IMG/VR virus record: IMGVR_UViG_3300005077_000012
Coordinates: 23,220 to 87,219 of that record
Length of the DNA stretch: 64,000 nucleotides
DNA from: a virus
Taxonomy: Duplodnaviria > Caudoviricetes
Strand: one strand, 5' to 3'
The notes under the pieces were generated by a model that saw only the letters and a program-made list of their open reading frames with translations, was not told the origin of the DNA and searched no databases. Shown here one piece after another: positions 55,614 to 64,000 of the stretch; within the stretch, counting starts at the first letter, position 1; the number at the start of each line of letters is the position of its first letter. The position numbers were made by a program, and so were the translations under genes.

Positions 55614-55971
55614 AACATTCAGTGTTCTGTAGTATAGCGATCAATGTATCCACGTCTTCCCGGCACAGACGGAAAACGAAGTCACTCACTGCATCGATAA
55701 CCCCGGACCGAAACCCGTCATCGCTGAACAACCCATCCAACGCAAACGACGCAAGGAACGAAACCATGTCCGGCGCACACACCGCAACGATAGACCCGTG
55801 CACCTGATCCCCCTGCATACTCTCCATCCCCTCAACAGTATTCGCGTGGAGACGCACCATCAAAAACGGCTTATCATCCCCGGAAATAATCCCGGAAACT
55901 AATTCACGCACCGCCTCCGGGCACGCGTCATACAACCGAACAAACTCATCCCTGTTTATCGACATAACCAT
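55594..55971 (-). CDS. Hypothetical protein
   Basis: Start MVMSINR after GGAG; the longer track ORF overlaps the exonuclease gene. Confidence 0.55.
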   Translation of the reverse strand: MVMSINRDEFVRLYDACPEAVRELVSGIISGDDKPFLMVRLHANTVEGMESMQGDQVHGSIVAVCAPDMVSFLASFALDGLFSDDGFRSGVIDAVSDFVFRLCREDVDTLIAILQNTECYEESTH

Positions 55972-56836
55972 AATTCTCCAGCTTTTCCAGCATAGCCACC
56001 ATTCCATTCTCCTCGACCAAGTCACGGAGCCTCCCGGAGTCCCGTACACCCCGGGTACGCACCAACAACGTCTCATCCACCCACTCCGGATGGAACAACA
56101 CCAGCTCCGCATTACGCTCAACGACATCCCACGACGCCTTGATCTCTTCCAGCACTGCATCCCAACCCGGGACAACAGCGGACAGGTCCTCATCAATCAT
56201 GGCCATATACCCGGAACACGCTGACACAATCGACTTCGCAACCCGCACACGCATCCCCGGAATACCGGGTACCCCGTCAGACTTGTCCCCACAGAGAACC
56301 TTGAACAGTCCGATCCTCTCCGGGGGATACCCGAGCGTGCGCTGGATGTCCGCATACGTCTCAATCAGTTCACGCCGAAATATATCAACGCGCGGCCCCA
56401 GACACTGAAACCAGTCCTCATCCGTAGATACCAGCAGTACGGCCTCATCCTCGAACGTCTGCTGCGTATACCAATACGCAAGATCGTCCGCTTCCAGACC
56501 AACGTGGTGAACCTGCGTACACCCCATCCACCCAACTGCCTGCCGGACAGACATCAAACTCTCCTCAAATGACCCATCGGACACCTTTCCCTCACGACTC
56601 GCCTTGTACAACGGATACGCGCGTTTCCTCCGATTGCTGCCCCCCTCCCAAAGGAATACAACCTCAGCCTTCGGGAACTGCTCACGCATATTGACGACGA
56701 ACCGTATAACACCGTACAACATCCCGGTCGGCCTGCCCTGCCACGACAGTCTGATACCGTGGTGACTCCGGGACGCAAGGTTCATGGCATCAACCAGTAT
56801 CGTCGAATACGCCTTGATATCATGCAAACACTTCAT
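55946..56836 (-). CDS. 5'-3' exonuclease / flap endonuclease (PolA N-terminal, T5 D15-like)
   Basis: VDAMNL..R, YK..R, EADDL, STDEDW.Q, L.GDKSDG.PG.PG. Confidence 0.9.
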   Translation of the reverse strand: MKCLHDIKAYSTILVDAMNLASRSHHGIRLSWQGRPTGMLYGVIRFVVNMREQFPKAEVVFLWEGGSNRRKRAYPLYKASREGKVSDGSFEESLMSVRQAVGWMGCTQVHHVGLEADDLAYWYTQQTFEDEAVLLVSTDEDWFQCLGPRVDIFRRELIETYADIQRTLGYPPERIGLFKVLCGDKSDGVPGIPGMRVRVAKSIVSACSGYMAMIDEDLSAVVPGWDAVLEEIKASWDVVERNAELVLFHPEWVDETLLVRTRGVRDSGRLRDLVEENGMVAMLEKLENYGYVDKQG

Positions 56837-57174
56837 AACTCAACCCCGTCAACAGCAGCCTGAAGAACCCGCTCACGGACCTGCGCCACAGAGACCAGAT
56901 CATCACAATGCACAACAACAAAGAACCCGGGCCTGCTCTTCTGAACCAGCGCAACAACCGGAGTCTTCCCCTCCTCCGCAGCGATCTCCCGCGCACGGTC
57001 CCAGATGGACACCACAGCAAACGGCTTCGAGGACTGCTTTACTTCCAGAAACAAAACCGAGTGCAGGGTATCGCTCCCACTGTGCCTCGAATTACTCCCG
57101 GACAGCGGGTTCCGACACGTCCCGAACCACTTCGCAACCTTCCTCTCAGCCACCTTCCAAATCTTGTCTGCCAT
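56833..57174 (-). CDS. PD-(D/E)XK Holliday-junction resolvase-like nuclease
   Basis: WK.AER.VA......R...SG......D......EVK. Confidence 0.65.
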   Translation of the reverse strand: MADKIWKVAERKVAKWFGTCRNPLSGSNSRHSGSDTLHSVLFLEVKQSSKPFAVVSIWDRAREIAAEEGKTPVVALVQKSRPGFFVVVHCDDLVSVAQVRERVLQAAVDGVEL

Positions 57175-57223
57175 CACTCCCCCCACATAGTTATACAATC
57201 GACATCGTCTGCGTATTACCCAT

Positions 57224-58879
57224 CTATAGATTTTTTTCACGCGGCCACACCAGTGCTGCCTTAATATACCCCGGAACAAAGTACTTACCGCCGAGGTTCC
57301 AGAATGTCATGAAGTCCGCATCCAAAACATACGTCCGGGCGTAGTCCGTCTCACTCCGCACAGACCTCCCGAGCATCTGAACGAAGGCCAGAGACGTCAT
57401 ATAACTGGACCACAGACGATCCAACTCCATCAAACGCTTAACCCGTGCGTCCCGCATATCCGGGAACGGTATCTTACATATCACCTGCACCCGGGACAGG
57501 TCATCCCGCAGGTCAATCCCCTCGCGCATACCGGCAGCAACCAGAAAACTCCCCGGCTTCGCTGCGTGCGCCGCCAGAACCTCGTCCGCCGTAGCGTAGT
57601 CACTCCTGTACGTCAGACGCGGATCGGTCAATACCCGGTGCAGGTAATCCATGATGTACGTCGTATGTGTCTGGATAATCCCGCGACTGTCCGGGTAATG
57701 GTCCAGTATCTTCTTGATCCGATCCGCCATAACCGGCAGCGTCACCGTCTGGTGACTGCGCGGATCATCCTTTGATATCCGGGACGAGCTCATCTTACCC
57801 GCATACCGCAGGTACACCGGACGGTTCTCCGGGGGAAAGGAACTTCCCAGACGTATGAACGCACACTCAGACTCCCGGATACCGGTCAGAGAACAGAACA
57901 ACCGCTTGTCGAGGATCGTCGCACTCATCATCAGGACACGCTTCGCCTTTTTCAGCAGGTACTTGTTCACGAAATCCCCAACCATGACCGGGCGGATGGT
58001 CAGCACCTGTACGCCGCGCCCGTCGTCATCATACCCAACGACATACTCAATACCGCGATCCCGATACAGGAAATAGTTCCGGAGCCTCCCGATAACGTTG
58101 TTCAATCGATTGATCTCCTGCATGATCTCTTTTACCGATTTATCCGTACACTGCTGCATTACTTCTAATGCAGCTTCAGACTCACGAAGGTACACCGCAA
58201 GGAACCCGTCATACTCAGCAGCCTTCGCGTACTTCGGGATGCGCAGCGTCTTGTCTCGTCTGTTACTGATCACGATCTCCATGAACGACAAGAACTTCGT
58301 CGGGATATTATGGGCCTCATCAATAACCATCAACTCCCGGTACCCGAAATCGGTCCGCAACGACTGATAATAGAATGAATCGAAGTTATGAATAATCACA
58401 GGCCGCTGCATCGCCTCCGAGAGCACGCGCTGATACGGACAGTCCGTATGCAATGGTCCGGACTTTTTAATCCGACAGGGACCATGCTCGCACGTCCCAC
58501 CCTCACGACAGGCATACGCAGACCGACCCTTCACCACATACATATCAGGGAAGTCGACCTGATACTGACTCTGAAGTCCCTTGTCAACCGTCAGGATATA
58601 CGCATACCCGAACTTATACGCCAGCGCACGCGCAATGTGCGACTTACCCAACCCGGTCGGTGCCTCGACTATAACGTATCGCGATCCGCCGAGGAAGGCG
58701 GCGTCCACTCGTTCGAGAGCTTCCCGTTGTCCGGGTCGGTATCCGGGTGCGATCCAGTAGTCGGTAGCTGGTCGAGCAAACGCTGATACATGATCCTCCC
58801 GATTAGCAGGCCCATGATCTTCTCGTACGCAACTCCCGTCTTCGGCAAACATTCGACCCTGCGATGGTGCGTCACACAT
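57224..58879 (-). CDS. XPD/DinG-family SF2 helicase with Fe-S cluster cysteines
   Basis: YRPGQ (Q motif), EAPTGLGKS, KGR..Y.C...C...C...CPY, IDEAHN, MSAT, EGID...D, K.PFP, QMLGR.VR...D; start uncertain. Confidence 0.85.
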   Translation of the reverse strand: MCDAPSQGRMFAEDGSCVREDHGPANREDHVSAFARPATDYWIAPGYRPGQREALERVDAAFLGGSRYVIVEAPTGLGKSHIARALAYKFGYAYILTVDKGLQSQYQVDFPDMYVVKGRSAYACREGGTCEHGPCRIKKSGPLHTDCPYQRVLSEAMQRPVIIHNFDSFYYQSLRTDFGYRELMVIDEAHNIPTKFLSFMEIVISNRRDKTLRIPKYAKAAEYDGFLAVYLRESEAALEVMQQCTDKSVKEIMQEINRLNNVIGRLRNYFLYRDRGIEYVVGYDDDGRGVQVLTIRPVMVGDFVNKYLLKKAKRVLMMSATILDKRLFCSLTGIRESECAFIRLGSSFPPENRPVYLRYAGKMSSSRISKDDPRSHQTVTLPVMADRIKKILDHYPDSRGIIQTHTTYIMDYLHRVLTDPRLTYRSDYATADEVLAAHAAKPGSFLVAAGMREGIDLRDDLSRVQVICKIPFPDMRDARVKRLMELDRLWSSYMTSLAFVQMLGRSVRSETDYARTYVLDADFMTFWNLGGKYFVPGYIKAALVWPREKNL

Positions 58880-59076
58880 AGATACACTCCAGCCTGAACG
58901 ATGTGCCGTGTCTCCTGATACCGGCGCGGAACCGCGTGGTGTGCCTCACACCCGTACGTCGATCGACACCCCGGCCAACCGCAAAACCCACCGTAATGCT
59001 CGCGGACACGTCGACTCCAGTCGCTATCGTCCGTCGCATAAATAAAATCATCTACGACCCCCTCTGATCTCAGCAT
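58669..59076 (-). CDS. HNH-like nuclease
   Basis: CGWPGC.....EAHH...R..........LC..HH; overlaps the helicase 5' end. Confidence 0.6.
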   Translation of the reverse strand: MLRSEGVVDDFIYATDDSDWSRRVREHYGGFCGWPGCRSTYGCEAHHAVPRRYQETRHIVQAGVYLCVTHHRRVECLPKTGVAYEKIMGLLIGRIMYQRLLDQLPTTGSHPDTDPDNGKLSNEWTPPSSADRDTL

Positions 59077-59296
59077 CCCTGATCCTCCGCCCCGTCTCCC
59101 GGTCAATCGCATGACCCGTCGAAATGTACTGCCCACACTTACGACAGAATATATCAAATAAATCTTTTCCGCCCTGACCCAACACCTTCGTCTGTTCAGC
59201 GCGCAGGTCCATGCTACCACAGAACGGACAGCTATTATTCGCCACGGTCAACCTCCAGCACTGATCCAATATATCCATGCTCCGGACAGTAGACAT
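59048..59296 (-). CDS. Lar-like zinc-ribbon protein
   Basis: CPFCGS.....F.I.CRKCG. Confidence 0.5.
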   Translation of the reverse strand: MSTVRSMDILDQCWRLTVANNSCPFCGSMDLRAEQTKVLGQGGKDLFDIFCRKCGQYISTGHAIDRETGRRIRDAEIRGGRR

Positions 59297-59355
59297 CTAT
59301 TAAGACCCATCCCGGACGCACGGCCCCCATCAAAACGCTCTGACGCCGCAGCAGG

Positions 59356-59928
59356 TCACTTCTTCGGCACTTCGGGCATCGCTTTAGTTTCCGGTTCCCC
59401 AACATCCCTATACTCCCCGAGCATACGTACGCGCTCCTGTAACTCGATTATGTCTCCTCGAAATTTAGTCAACTGACGACTGATATCAGATAACACCTGT
59501 AACGCAGAGAACAGCATACTCAACACTATTACCAATACAGAAAACTGAATAATCCCCCAATGAACCCCGGACGGGACACCCCGCATATTCCGACAATCCT
59601 TACGAACCCGGGCCCGGGATAGCGCGGCGAAGGCCCACGGAAATAATCCCCTGAGCCTCGCACACCTAACCCGCACACGCGGTTCCTCCTTCATTCTCCA
59701 TTCCGCATCCGCAATCTCCTCGATACTCTCCACCGGGACATCAGACGGACACTCATCAAATGGATACCCATGAAGGGCCACGTTATACTGCCCCCTGATC
59801 AACGACACCAGTACCTGCATCAGATACCGAACGCACTGCCGCGATATACTGCGCACCGACTTTCGTATCGATGCACTTGCCTGCCTGCGCGTTGCACAAC
59901 TCATGCGCAGCCTTCCGGTCGATCGCAC
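59356..59928 (-). CDS. Hypothetical protein with one TM segment (start uncertain)
   Basis: IIQFSVLVIVLSMLFSAL hydrophobic segment followed by a coiled coil; true start likely near MQVLVS. Confidence 0.45.
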   Translation of the reverse strand: MRSTGRLRMSCATRRQASASIRKSVRSISRQCVRYLMQVLVSLIRGQYNVALHGYPFDECPSDVPVESIEEIADAEWRMKEEPRVRVRCARLRGLFPWAFAALSRARVRKDCRNMRGVPSGVHWGIIQFSVLVIVLSMLFSALQVLSDISRQLTKFRGDIIELQERVRMLGEYRDVGEPETKAMPEVPKK

Positions 59929-59983
59929 GTACTTCTATAACGTGCACCACCTTCTTGACAATCGTGTAAATTTTTTCGTCCAT
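59783..59983 (-). CDS. Hypothetical protein
   Basis: 66-aa ORF after AGGAG RBS. Confidence 0.55.
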   Translation of the reverse strand: MDEKIYTIVKKVVHVIEVRAIDRKAAHELCNAQAGKCIDTKVGAQYIAAVRSVSDAGTGVVDQGAV

Positions 59984-60018
59984 GCCAATACTCCTTTTAT
60001 ATTTATAAATTTTGAGTC

Positions 60019-61995
60019 CTACGTCACGGAAACCCGCGACACACCGCCCACCTTCGCAACCTCAAGTGTGCGTGAAAAGATGTCCCGCATCGGTACGTGA
60101 GACACCATAAATATCTGCCTGAAATACTTTTTCAGTATCGTCTGGATCACCAGAGTCAAACTGTCCCGCTTTGCCGGGGACAGATGCCCGGACACCTCGT
60201 CCAACACCAGAAAATCAACCTTGCTGTCCCGAGCCTTATTCTCCCGCTGCGTAACCGCAACCCGGACCGCGAGCGAGAACATAACCTTCTCCCCCTCACT
60301 CAACCCGGAGTACTCACGCTCACCATTACCGTCAACCAGAACAAACTCAACCCCCGGACGAGCTCCGGCCGTATCCCGGATCACGATAGACCCGGATGTA
60401 AAATTCCTATAGATGTCAGATGCCCGCGCTTCAAGATCAGCCCGGAGCCTCCGCAACATCTCCAACGGGATCGCATACCGGGAAAACGCCTCGGCCACCA
60501 GCGCAGTCGCGCGAACCAACTTCCGCAAGGTATTCACCTCACTGGTAACCAGTTCGATCTTACCCCGAAGCTGATCTACCCGGGCAATCTCAGCCTGAAT
60601 ATGCTTCAACTCACTCTGCAACTCAGCAATAGACGACACCACACGGGACAGGTCCTTGTCGACAGACTCACGCTCCACGCTCAGATCAGGAAGCTCTTTG
60701 AGCTCATCCCCGACCGCGTCCAGTTCCCGATCGTACGCGGTCCGCAAATTGACCAGACGAACCTGCTCGTCTTCAATCTCCTCGCGCTGCTTGACATACC
60801 CTGACAATTCGGTATGCAGTAGCGCACTTTTCGTCTCTAATGATCTACGCTTCGCATCCGCATCTCGCACCGTCTTGATCTCGTTAACGAGCGTGCTCTC
60901 CTCAATGGACAGGCTATCCACGCGCTCAGTCAACGCATCAACCCGTGACCCCCACGCATCCCGGATACCATCAGAGAGAGGACCGCCACACAGCGGGCAC
61001 TCCGTCGCCTGCACATCCGAAGACGCCTGAAGCAGCCGAACCTCAACCAACAGGGCAGACTTCTCCGCCCGGGCCGTATCCAGACGATCCTGCAACGCAT
61101 CTACGTCTACCCCGGCAGCATCACACAGCACACCACGCACTGCAGAGATATCCGCCGTAATCGCCGCGATCCGTTGCTGCACCTTAACCATACGATCTTC
61201 ATTCCGCTGGACGTTCGCCGCAACCTCCGACCGCAGACCCTGTATAGTCATAACCCGAGCCAGCATAGCACTCCGCTTACTGTCCCGGGCAACCAGATCG
61301 TCCCTCCGAAGACTGAGCTGCACCTGCGCTTCAGATGCCCGGCGCAGCGTATCCCGTATCGACTCCCGTTTACCATCGAGATCATCCACGTCAGGCAGCA
61401 TCCCCTTGAAGACCTCAAGAGCCCGCTCCTCAGCCTGTAGACGACCCTCATACTGACGCTGCTCCTTCACTGCCTCAGCATTGATATCCCGGCACGCGCT
61501 GGCCCCAGCAAGACGCTGCAGCGTCTCCAACTTCTCACTCGGACCAACCCGCATCAGTGAGTCAGCGCCACCTAACCCAAAAAAAGACGTCAACATAAAC
61601 GTCGTCGCGTCCACGCCGAGCGTCCCGTTGATATACTCCTGAGCGCGGTTGTTCGCCGGAGACGCGCCACCCTTCGCAACCACCGACCCGTTCACTGTCA
61701 CGGTCAGGTGCCCGGCCTCCTTCTTCACACTGTACCCGCGCACAACCTCCATTGTATCAGACGGCATCGGCAGGCCGGACAAAACAATCGACACGGCCAT
61801 CTCAGAACTCCCGATACGTACGAGAGACCCCAGAGACTTATACCGCCCAACCCCGTACAGAGCAAACGCGATCGCCTCCAGCAGCGACGACTTCCCCTGA
61901 CCATTGTCACCTACGACAGCCACCGTATCAGAACCAAACGTGACAGTCTCCTGCTCAAAACTCAAATAATTCGTCAATGTTATAGATTGTATCAC
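60019..61995 (-). CDS. sbcC: SbcC/Rad50 (T4 gp46-like) ATPase
   Basis: GDNGQGKSS Walker A, coiled coils, CPLCG zinc hook, LSEGEK signature, LVLDE Walker B, VSH. Confidence 0.92.
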   Translation of the reverse strand: MIQSITLTNYLSFEQETVTFGSDTVAVVGDNGQGKSSLLEAIAFALYGVGRYKSLGSLVRIGSSEMAVSIVLSGLPMPSDTMEVVRGYSVKKEAGHLTVTVNGSVVAKGGASPANNRAQEYINGTLGVDATTFMLTSFFGLGGADSLMRVGPSEKLETLQRLAGASACRDINAEAVKEQRQYEGRLQAEERALEVFKGMLPDVDDLDGKRESIRDTLRRASEAQVQLSLRRDDLVARDSKRSAMLARVMTIQGLRSEVAANVQRNEDRMVKVQQRIAAITADISAVRGVLCDAAGVDVDALQDRLDTARAEKSALLVEVRLLQASSDVQATECPLCGGPLSDGIRDAWGSRVDALTERVDSLSIEESTLVNEIKTVRDADAKRRSLETKSALLHTELSGYVKQREEIEDEQVRLVNLRTAYDRELDAVGDELKELPDLSVERESVDKDLSRVVSSIAELQSELKHIQAEIARVDQLRGKIELVTSEVNTLRKLVRATALVAEAFSRYAIPLEMLRRLRADLEARASDIYRNFTSGSIVIRDTAGARPGVEFVLVDGNGEREYSGLSEGEKVMFSLAVRVAVTQRENKARDSKVDFLVLDEVSGHLSPAKRDSLTLVIQTILKKYFRQIFMVSHVPMRDIFSRTLEVAKVGGVSRVSVT

Positions 61996-63116
61996 GCCAA
62001 CACCTTCGCTATCAGCTTCGTCCCTATCCGTAACGCTTCCGAACGAATATCCTCCGGGACTCCATCCTTGTTACTCAACCACGTCTCAAATAAACGATCG
62101 TACGACACCGGCTCATCCTCATCGTACTCCGCATCAGACTCCTCGCGCTGCACAACGGTCTCAAACCGAGTCACATACCCGTACTTGTTAAACACGGCCC
62201 GGATTGCCCACTCGTTCACCTTCAGAGGATCATCAGTATACACGGTAACCTTCACCAGCTTATCATTCACCAGACTCTTGACTTTATCATCAGGGAACTC
62301 AACCTGATCCTTTGTCATCAGATCAACCCTGACGTGCCGGTACCCAACGCCTTCATGCAAAAATTCTATAAACCGGGGCCCGGACTCAACCGACGTCAGC
62401 TCAATATACCCCTTCGGATCACCGGCCTCCGAGTAATCACACACCACGACACTCCCCGGGTACGATACATTTCCAACCGTCTGCGCCCTGTGGATATGCC
62501 CGAACAACGCATACGAACACTTCGGGAAGAGCTGCGGGTCATAGGCAATCGCATCACCACACTCAACCTCCACATCCGAGCTGTTCTTGACACCCTGAGC
62601 GTGCGCATGACTGATCAGAACATCAACACTATCCCCAACCGCAGCCATGTACGCGTTCTGGTACAAACCATCGCGGGACACCGCATCGAGGACAGCCCGG
62701 GGCAGGTGCGGAATGAACCCAACCTCCATACCGTCAATCGTATACCGGTCAGGGCGATTGATATAATGCACATATACCCACCCGGAATGTCCCAGCAACT
62801 CAGGACCCCAGACAACATCACAATCGTGGTTTCCGGGAATAACCCAGACCGGGACTTCCTGCGCCTGCGCCTGACCGAACGCATCAAACAACAACCCGGC
62901 AACCCACAGCGGCGGCCGGGCCATGTCAAACACGTCTCCACCGATAACAACCGACTGACGCAACCGTGCCGCCTCAGCAATAACCTCACGCAGCCGCATC
63001 AGAGTATCCGCCGTCCTCGACGGTATGGTAACCTCAGTCTGGTCCACGTATGTCGTATACAGTACAGGGCGTGAGTCAGAGACTCGACCAAGATGTAAAT
63101 CAGCAATGAACAGCAT
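61992..63116 (-). CDS. sbcD: SbcD/Mre11 (T4 gp47-like) nuclease
   Basis: ADLHLG, GGDVFD, PGNHD, SHAH, GHIH, YPGS metallophosphoesterase motifs. Confidence 0.92.
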   Translation of the reverse strand: MLFIADLHLGRVSDSRPVLYTTYVDQTEVTIPSRTADTLMRLREVIAEAARLRQSVVIGGDVFDMARPPLWVAGLLFDAFGQAQAQEVPVWVIPGNHDCDVVWGPELLGHSGWVYVHYINRPDRYTIDGMEVGFIPHLPRAVLDAVSRDGLYQNAYMAAVGDSVDVLISHAHAQGVKNSSDVEVECGDAIAYDPQLFPKCSYALFGHIHRAQTVGNVSYPGSVVVCDYSEAGDPKGYIELTSVESGPRFIEFLHEGVGYRHVRVDLMTKDQVEFPDDKVKSLVNDKLVKVTVYTDDPLKVNEWAIRAVFNKYGYVTRFETVVQREESDAEYDEDEPVSYDRLFETWLSNKDGVPEDIRSEALRIGTKLIAKVLA

Positions 63117-64000
63117 TATTTTAATAGCCCCTTTATCAATGATAGCGCGGCCTTCCGCAGCGCCGCATCCTCATGTAACGCCTTCACCAGTGTATTAAGC
63201 GTATACTTCCCACCGTTCAGCTCCAGACGTTTCACACCCTTCGCGTCAGGGACGAACCCACCGAGACGGTCTATACACGCAACCGCATCCGACATCTGAT
63301 CAATCCCGGTCCCGTACGTCAGGTTGAACGACGCTTTCCGAAACGGCGGATACACCTTATTTTTGACAACCGTCACGTTAACCCGCTTCCCGGTCTCAAC
63401 GTCTCCGCACAGGTCCTTCGTCACTACCTTCCCCTCACGGGGTGCGCGCATATCCAGACGATACGACGCGTAGAATTTCAGTGCGTTCCCACCCGGCGTA
63501 GTCTCCGGGTTACCGAACATGACCCCAACCTTCATGCGGAGCTGATTTATAAAGAATACGATCGCCTTCTGCCGCTGCACAACACCGACGAGCTTCCGCA
63601 TCGCCTGACCCATCATCCGGGCCTGCAGACCGACGTGAGCATCACCGATATTCCCCTCGATCTCCGACTTCGGTACCAGCGCAGCCACTGAGTCGACAAC
63701 GACCAACTTGTACCCCCCATGCACGGCAGCCTCAGCCACCTCCAGTGCCTGCTCACCATGATCCGGCTGAATGAATGACATACGGGACAGATCAACCCCG
63801 ATCGCACTGGCATACGCCGGATCAAGGACGTGCTCCGCGTCAACGTACATCGTCGGAACGCCCAGCTTCTGACCCTCGGCAACCGCGTGCAGAGCCAGCG
63901 TCGTCTTACCGCAAGACTCGGGACCGTACGCCTCCACCATGCGGCCCCACACGTAACCCACTAACGGATTCCCGGACAGGGCCGCATTGAGCTCCATTGA
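63116..64000 (-). CDS. recA: RecA recombinase (5' end beyond the window)
   Basis: GR.VE.YGPESCGKTT, DAEH.LDP.YA, SQPD-like QPDHGEQALE, VDSVAALVPK.E, G..ARMM.QA.RKL, NQLR.K.GV.FG.PETT.GGNALKFY; the frame is open at the window edge. Confidence 0.97.
   Translation of the reverse strand, partial: SMELNAALSGNPLVGYVWGRMVEAYGPESCGKTTLALHAVAEGQKLGVPTMYVDAEHVLDPAYASAIGVDLSRMSFIQPDHGEQALEVAEAAVHGGYKLVVVDSVAALVPKSEIEGNIGDAHVGLQARMMGQAMRKLVGVVQRQKAIVFFINQLRMKVGVMFGNPETTPGGNALKFYASYRLDMRAPREGKVVTKDLCGDVETGKRVNVTVVKNKVYPPFRKASFNLTYGTGIDQMSDAVACIDRLGGFVPDAKGVKRLELNGGKYTLNTLVKALHEDAALRKAALSLIKGLLK

Larger units (their letters stand above)
839..62370. repeat. Dispersed 15-bp motif T(AT/CG)A-G-RWWWWY-(T/C/A)(G/A/T)CA, at least 24 copies
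   Basis: Plus orientation at 839, 2207, 2845, 5249, 16301, 18112, 27430, 31206, 32871, 36545, 37268, 44575, 45226, 50209, 51940, 57225. Reverse orientation at 24268, 41437, 46235, 50372, 53145, 54787, 60397, 62356. Found by eye. Confidence 0.85.

Noticed and set aside
53811-55637. 608-aa plus-strand ORF
   Set aside because: Antisense shadow of the DNA polymerase; no motifs, and Pro/Arg/His-rich composition typical of the reverse frame in GC-rich DNA.
839-62370. Interpreting the 15-bp motif as a sigma54 (-24/-12) or sigma70 promoter
   Set aside because: It lacks the GG at -24 and has 7-nt rather than 17-nt spacing; copies also occur antisense to all genes.
49225-63997. Introns or inteins in terL, polymerase, helicase or recA (common in related phages)
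   Set aside because: All are continuous with normal lengths; no intein C/S...HN-C/S/T boundaries or inserted homing nucleases were seen.
1-64000. Prophage or integrative element signature
   Set aside because: No integrase, att-flanked boundary or host housekeeping genes in the window; recA here is embedded in the phage recombination operon.

Overview
This is a 64-kb, GC-rich segment of a large contractile-tailed (myovirus) phage genome. Every credible gene lies on the minus strand. In transcription order (right to left) it holds: (i) a recombination/replication module with RecA (cut by the window edge), SbcD/SbcC, an HNH protein, an XPD/DinG helicase, a PD-(D/E)XK resolvase, a 5'-3' exonuclease and a family A DNA polymerase with an N-terminal UDG domain; (ii) the terminase genes; (iii) an early/accessory region of small genes behind three near-identical sigma70-like promoters, with DUF932, HNH, a mini-NrdD, a C39 peptidase, a DNA methyltransferase and a D-arm-less tRNA-like element; (iv) a Herelleviridae (Twort/K/SPO1)-like morphogenesis module: portal, prohead protease, scaffold, major capsid, neck proteins and tail sheath (cut by the left edge). 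Two large insertions interrupt that module. A ~16-kb fibre/decoration block sits between capsid and neck genes. A ~12.6-kb block between portal and protease encodes MuF plus four large proteins. These four share a ~30-aa tag (7 copies), usually just after a putative prohead-protease site ([LMF]-x-K-[ASG]), and carry different cargo: a tankyrase-like PARP domain, a CCA/poly(A)-polymerase-fold nucleotidyltransferase with an altered nucleotide template, an LPD1/zincin domain and DUF5661. This is the best candidate for an undescribed system: tagged, capsid-packaged, injected effectors. A separate 15-bp DNA motif (TATA/TCGA-N7-TGCA) recurs at least 24 times across the window and lies just upstream of 5 of the 7 tags. 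All family assignments come from motif recognition by eye; no database search was run.
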